A DNA stretch of 64,000 nucleotides from positions 107,572-171,571 of the forward strand of contig JBMFRB010000006.1 in the NCBI GenBank assembly GCA_049968255.1, in the 5' to 3' direction. This document shows positions 60,005-64,000 of the stretch, one piece after another. The position numbers and the translations under genes are program-made. The DNA is from Candidatus Sumerlaeaceae bacterium (GTDB taxonomy: Bacteria > Sumerlaeota > Sumerlaeia > Sumerlaeales > Sumerlaeaceae). Numbering within the stretch: the first letter of the stretch is position 1; each line of letters begins with the position of its first letter. The notes beneath the pieces are model-generated. The model was given only the letters and a program-made list of their open reading frames with translations, was not told the DNA's origin and searched no databases.

Positions 60005-60955
60005 TCATTTTCCTGTTCGTGAGGCCCGACGACCTTTTGCTTTCCCTGGCCCCTGCGCCCTGTTTGTCCCGGGAAGAAGCGACAAAACTTGTGCGACGAT
60101 CGACTCCGGAAGCACCGACCGCTGAGCGACAATGTAGTAATGCTGACGCACATCTTCGATGACGTGAACGTGCCGCACGTGATAGAGACGCTCCAGCTGT
60201 TTGGCTTCGACATAGGGCATGACAAAGAAGGCTCCCTTGGAGGTAGCAAGCGCTTTGAGTAATGCGCTGTTGTCGATTTCGCCAATGACGTCCGGAGGCG
60301 GGGAGATGGTATTGAGCCAGCGCTCGACCTTTTGCCGCAGCGGGCAGGATGGCCCTGGAAGCAAAAACGGGCGACCAGCCAGCGCTTGGAGGCCACCGCT
60401 TCGAACCCTGTCTGCTAGGCGCACTGGGGCATAGAGGGCCAGAGGAGAGGCTTCGAGGACTATCCATTGGAACTGTCGCGAGTAGCTGCGCAGAGCCGCC
60501 GTGTCCGCCAGCACAAGGCTTATTTCGCCGTTCATGAGCTTCGCGAGTAATTGCTCAAGGGCCATACTCACTGCTAGAAGACGTAAATCTGCGCGAAGCT
60601 TCAGGACCCGCTCGAAAAAACGAAGAGCGACAAGGTGGGGGAAATTTTCTACAACCCCGACACGCAGCACGGGGGCGCTGGAATGCCTGCCGCTGAGCGT
60701 GTCAACAAATTCCTGCGCCGTGGAGAAGATTCTCTCCGCATAGGCGAAGGCAGTGCGGCCGGCTTCTGTGAGCACAAGACGGCGCCCCGCTCGCACGAAG
60801 AGCTGCGTTCCCAAGTGTTCTTCGAATTGGCGAAGGTGTGCTGAAAGGGTGGGTTGGCTCAGCCGTAGGCGTTTTGCGGCCGCCACGACCGATCCTTCGA
60901 GCGCAATCATCCAGAAACAGAAGAGGTGGTGAAAATTCAGCGCGGTTAGATCCAT
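60005..60955 (-). CDS. LysR family transcriptional regulator
   Basis: N-terminal HTH (FHHLFCFWMIALEGSVVAAAKRLRLSQPTLSAHLRQFEEHLGTQLF) and a LysR substrate-binding domain. Confidence 0.85.
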   Translation of the reverse strand: MDLTALNFHHLFCFWMIALEGSVVAAAKRLRLSQPTLSAHLRQFEEHLGTQLFVRAGRRLVLTEAGRTAFAYAERIFSTAQEFVDTLSGRHSSAPVLRVGVVENFPHLVALRFFERVLKLRADLRLLAVSMALEQLLAKLMNGEISLVLADTAALRSYSRQFQWIVLEASPLALYAPVRLADRVRSGGLQALAGRPFLLPGPSCPLRQKVERWLNTISPPPDVIGEIDNSALLKALATSKGAFFVMPYVEAKQLERLYHVRHVHVIEDVRQHYYIVAQRSVLPESIVAQVLSLLPGTNRAQGPGKAKGRRASRTGK

Positions 60956-61045
60956 AGGTTTTCCTTATATCTGTTATAAACATTATTTATGAAATTCTAT
61001 TGAAGGTCTGAAGATAGTTTGACAATCATACGGAAGGTGACAACA

Positions 61046-62965
61046 ATGAGCGAAATTCAGAAAAACGGCCACGCCGGGAAATCATCGACGGTTGAGCACC
61101 GCGAAATTCCTATCCCAGATGTCCCAGACGAAATTAGCCGGGTCCTTCGGGCTGCGCCGATCGTGCGTTACGCGAGCACTGTGCAGGAGCTGATTGAGCT
61201 CGCCGTGCCGCAGACGACATGCGATGGCTGGTTTGAAGTCGGCTACGAAGTGGAGGGCAAAGGTCGCCTCGTGGAGGCACACGTATGCCGGGTGCGCAAC
61301 GGGATCTCCGTGAACTATCTCGAACCTTACATGCGGCGGCGTGACCCCGATTGCATGTTCGTTGGCGACGACGGCCCAACCGATCAACCGCGCTTCCATG
61401 AACGATTTGGCAAACCTTTTGGGCCTGTCCGCGAGGAAACTTTTGCATGGCTGGCCAAGCAGGACCTCGCTGTTTTTGTGTTCCGATCGGGCAAGGAGCC
61501 CAAAAGTTTTGATGCGGTGGCGATTTGCCCGGCTAATGCTGGTTTTTTCGCTCTGGGTCTGGCGATGATTCAGGGCATTCTTCCGCTCGACGACCTGCCT
61601 GAGGATTTTTCGCCGACGGCCTTTATTTTGGTGGCACCAACCTTCCGTCACACGCATTTCAACGGACGCCAAGTTGTCGTGCATAACCGCCTGCCGCAGC
61701 GTCACGAGCTGTTTAGCTATAATCTCTACCTTGGCCCGAGCGCGAAGAAGGGTGTTTACGGCATGCTTTTGAGCCGGGGCGAGAGCGAGGGATGGGTTAC
61801 TGCGCATTGCTCGACGGTTCGGGTGGTCACGCCTTACGACAATCACGTGGTGTTCATGCACGAAGGAGCCAGCGGCGGCGGTAAATCCGAAATGCTGCAA
61901 TATCCGCACCGCGAGAGCGACGGACGCCTGCTCATTGGACGCAATCTCGTGACGGGCGAGGCTCGCTATCTGACGCTGCCGCGCGGCTGCGCGCTCCAAC
62001 CGGTGACCGATGACATGGCGCTTTGCCATCGCACCCTTGATGCGCATGCACGCAAATTGCGGCTACGCGATGCCGAGCAGGCATGGTTTGTCCGCGTGAA
62101 TCATATCCGCCGCTACGGCACTGATCCTACGCTGGAGGAATTGACGATCCATCCTAAGGCCCCGCTGCTATTTTTGAGTATTGACGCAAGGCCCGGAGCG
62201 ACCGCTTTGCTTTGGGAACATATTGAAGATGCGCCGGGCAAGCCGTGCCCAAACCCGCGCGTGATTCTTCCGCGTTCGATTGTGCCGGGAATCGTTGACG
62301 ACGATGTGACGGTGGACGTGCGTAGTTTCGGTGTGCGAACGCCACCGTGCACTGCTGAGAATCCCACCTATGGGATCCTCGGTCTGTTTCACATTCTCCC
62401 ACCCGCGCTTGCATGGCTGTGGCGGCTAGTGTCGCCGCGCGGACACGACAATCCGAGCATTGTGGGCACAGGGCAGCTTGAGAGTGAGGGCGTGGGAAGC
62501 TTTTGGCCTTTCGCGCCCGGTCAGCGAGTGGAACTCGCAAATTTGCTTTTGCGCCAGATCATGGCCACGCCGGACACTTTGTTCGTTCTGATTCCTAATC
62601 AGCACATTGGTGCTTGGAAAGTAGGGTTCATGCCGCAGTGGCTTTGCCGCGAATATCTAGCGCGCCGTGGCTATGCACCGTTCCGACCTGAGCAGATTGC
62701 GCCTTCGCGGTGCTCGCTCCTGGGCTACAGTCTGCGAAATATTCACATTGAAGGAACTTCGATTAGCTCGTGGTTTCTCAATGTCGAGTCGCAACCCGAA
62801 GTTGGCACGAACGGCTACGATGCAGGCGCAAAGATTCTCGAAGACTTTTTCAGGCAAGAACTTCGCAAATACCGTGTGCCGCATCTGGATCAACTCGGGC
62901 ACGAGATTATCCAATGCTGCTTGGATGGTGGGACAGTCGAGGATTACCGCAAATTCACAGCATGA
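61046..62965 (+). CDS. uncharacterized protein with HPr-kinase/PEPCK-like P-loop
   Basis: Mid-protein Walker A HEGASGGGKSEM resembles the HprK G.SG.GKSE P-loop. No other recognisable domains. Start at ATG 61046 after GGAAGG. Divergent from the LysR gene. Confidence 0.5.
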   Translation: MSEIQKNGHAGKSSTVEHREIPIPDVPDEISRVLRAAPIVRYASTVQELIELAVPQTTCDGWFEVGYEVEGKGRLVEAHVCRVRNGISVNYLEPYMRRRDPDCMFVGDDGPTDQPRFHERFGKPFGPVREETFAWLAKQDLAVFVFRSGKEPKSFDAVAICPANAGFFALGLAMIQGILPLDDLPEDFSPTAFILVAPTFRHTHFNGRQVVVHNRLPQRHELFSYNLYLGPSAKKGVYGMLLSRGESEGWVTAHCSTVRVVTPYDNHVVFMHEGASGGGKSEMLQYPHRESDGRLLIGRNLVTGEARYLTLPRGCALQPVTDDMALCHRTLDAHARKLRLRDAEQAWFVRVNHIRRYGTDPTLEELTIHPKAPLLFLSIDARPGATALLWEHIEDAPGKPCPNPRVILPRSIVPGIVDDDVTVDVRSFGVRTPPCTAENPTYGILGLFHILPPALAWLWRLVSPRGHDNPSIVGTGQLESEGVGSFWPFAPGQRVELANLLLRQIMATPDTLFVLIPNQHIGAWKVGFMPQWLCREYLARRGYAPFRPEQIAPSRCSLLGYSLRNIHIEGTSISSWFLNVESQPEVGTNGYDAGAKILEDFFRQELRKYRVPHLDQLGHEIIQCCLDGGTVEDYRKFTA

Positions 62966-63242
62966 CTGCGGTATAGGCCGACCGTCATGCATTCTATAGC
63001 CCAGCGCGATAAAGGGCGTGTGACCATTCACAGAAGGCCGGCGACGGGGTCACAATTCTCGGGCGCCCCATCAGGCATGGCGACCGCGGGAATGGCGCGC
63101 TTGTGCACTGGTGGGGGTGGCAACCCACTCGCACTCGCTGAGCGAGTCTGGCTCTCTTGCCCAACAGACACTTCTTGGCAGCGGGCTGGGAAGATCGCAA
63201 TGAGTCAAGGTTTTGAGAACGCTTGAGTCGCAAAGGAAGCTC

Positions 63243-64000
63243 ATGATGTTTTCGACAGCTTTGCTCAACAATATGCTTTCCCCCATGGTGCTTGCTTTTT
63301 GGCTCGGAGTGGGAGCCACCCTGTTGCGCACCAATTTTCGCGTGCCGCAGCCGGTGTACACGGCGCTTTCCATTTATTTGCTTTTCGCCATCGGAATTAA
63401 AGGCGGTGGCGAGCTACGCCACGCGGGTTTGTTGGCCATCGTCTTGCCAGTGTTGGCCACGCTGGCTCTTGGCCTTATCACGCCTTTGACGGCGTACGCT
63501 GTCGCGCGGCGATTTGTGCAACTCGACAGACCTAATGCTGGTGCTTTAGCGGCTCACTATGGCTCGGTGTCGGCGGTTACGTTTCTTGCTGCTCAGCAAT
63601 TCTGCAGAAGTCTTCGCGTGCCGTGCGAAGGCTTCATGCCTTCGCTCATTGCGCTACTCGAGGTGCCAGCCATCATTGTGGCACTGGCGCTGGTTCAAAT
63701 TAGAGAGGGGCGGGACAGTTCGTTGCGAGATGTCATCCACGAGGTGGTGACGGGGCCAAGTGTGCTGCTCATGGTGAGTGGCATTCTTATTGGATATATC
63801 GCTGGCCCGGAGCGCTTGAAACCGGTGGAACCGTTTTTTGTGAGCGGATTCCCTGGTGCTCTCGTGCTCTTTCTTTTTGAGCTCGGGATGGTGGCTGCGG
63901 AGGAGCTTCCGGTTATGTTGCGGCACGGCCTCAAGCTTGGCCTCTTCGCGGTGCTGGTACCTCTTTTTCATGGCGTTCTGGGCGTGGCTTTCGGAAAAGT
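63243..64000 (+). CDS. SbtA-like (DUF897) sodium-dependent bicarbonate transporter family permease, 5' partial (runs off window)
   Basis: Manually translated: MMFSTALLNNMLSP...LSIYLLFAIGIKGGGEL...NAGALAAHYGSVSAVTFLAAQ, a multi-TM protein. AAGGAAG RBS. Not in the ORF track because no stop lies within the window. Confidence 0.55.
   Translation, partial: MMFSTALLNNMLSPMVLAFWLGVGATLLRTNFRVPQPVYTALSIYLLFAIGIKGGGELRHAGLLAIVLPVLATLALGLITPLTAYAVARRFVQLDRPNAGALAAHYGSVSAVTFLAAQQFCRSLRVPCEGFMPSLIALLEVPAIIVALALVQIREGRDSSLRDVIHEVVTGPSVLLMVSGILIGYIAGPERLKPVEPFFVSGFPGALVLFLFELGMVAAEELPVMLRHGLKLGLFAVLVPLFHGVLGVAFGK

Noticed and set aside
63130-63150. Perfect small palindrome ACTCGC-TGA-GCGAGT upstream of the SbtA-like gene
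   Set aside because: Only a 6-bp stem. It could be a regulator site or chance, with insufficient evidence to call it.

Overview
This is a 64-kb chromosomal window from a Gram-negative bacterium, about 58% GC and gene-dense on both strands. The gene repertoire hints at a Planctomycetota/Verrucomicrobiota-like or related lineage (inference only): archaeal-type ProRS, GspG-like pseudopilins, many GT-C-type membrane proteins, LPS genes lptB/kdsD, and a DUF2400 protein. I found no rRNA, tRNA, CRISPR, transposase or integrase.

Well-supported housekeeping genes: clpX, pckA (ATP), glgC, malQ, argG, recX, a tRNA-dihydrouridine synthase, an ilvB-like TPP enzyme, lptB, lepB, kdsD/kpsF, proS (archaeal/eukaryotic type), HU, nikR, LemA plus an M48 HtpX-like peptidase, an SPFH protein, a GNAT, a PEBP protein, MFS and ABC transporters.

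Less ordinary content, in rough order of interest:
1. An unusually high density of polytopic GT-C-fold-like membrane proteins. Two tandem TMTC/PMT_2-like paralogs carry C-terminal TPR repeats and sit convergent to a Dpm1-like GT2. That GT2 is translationally coupled to a patatin-like phospholipase. Together this suggests a polyprenyl-phosphate-sugar-dependent glycosylation module.
2. A MerR-HTH::MinD/ParA fusion, followed by a 40-aa single-TM microprotein and an ExeA/GspA-like AAA ATPase.
3. A LysR regulator divergent from a 640-aa protein with an HPr-kinase-like P-loop, followed by an SbtA-like permease.
4. A dus - LarE-like PP-loop - small-ORF operon.
5. A zinc-ribbon protein - LemA - M48 peptidase (with C-terminal zinc ribbons) triad.
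6. Tandem short pilin paralogs separated by a perfect hairpin terminator.
7. A roughly 1-kb region with no convincing gene.

All functional calls come from reading the translated ORFs for conserved motifs. No database search was possible.
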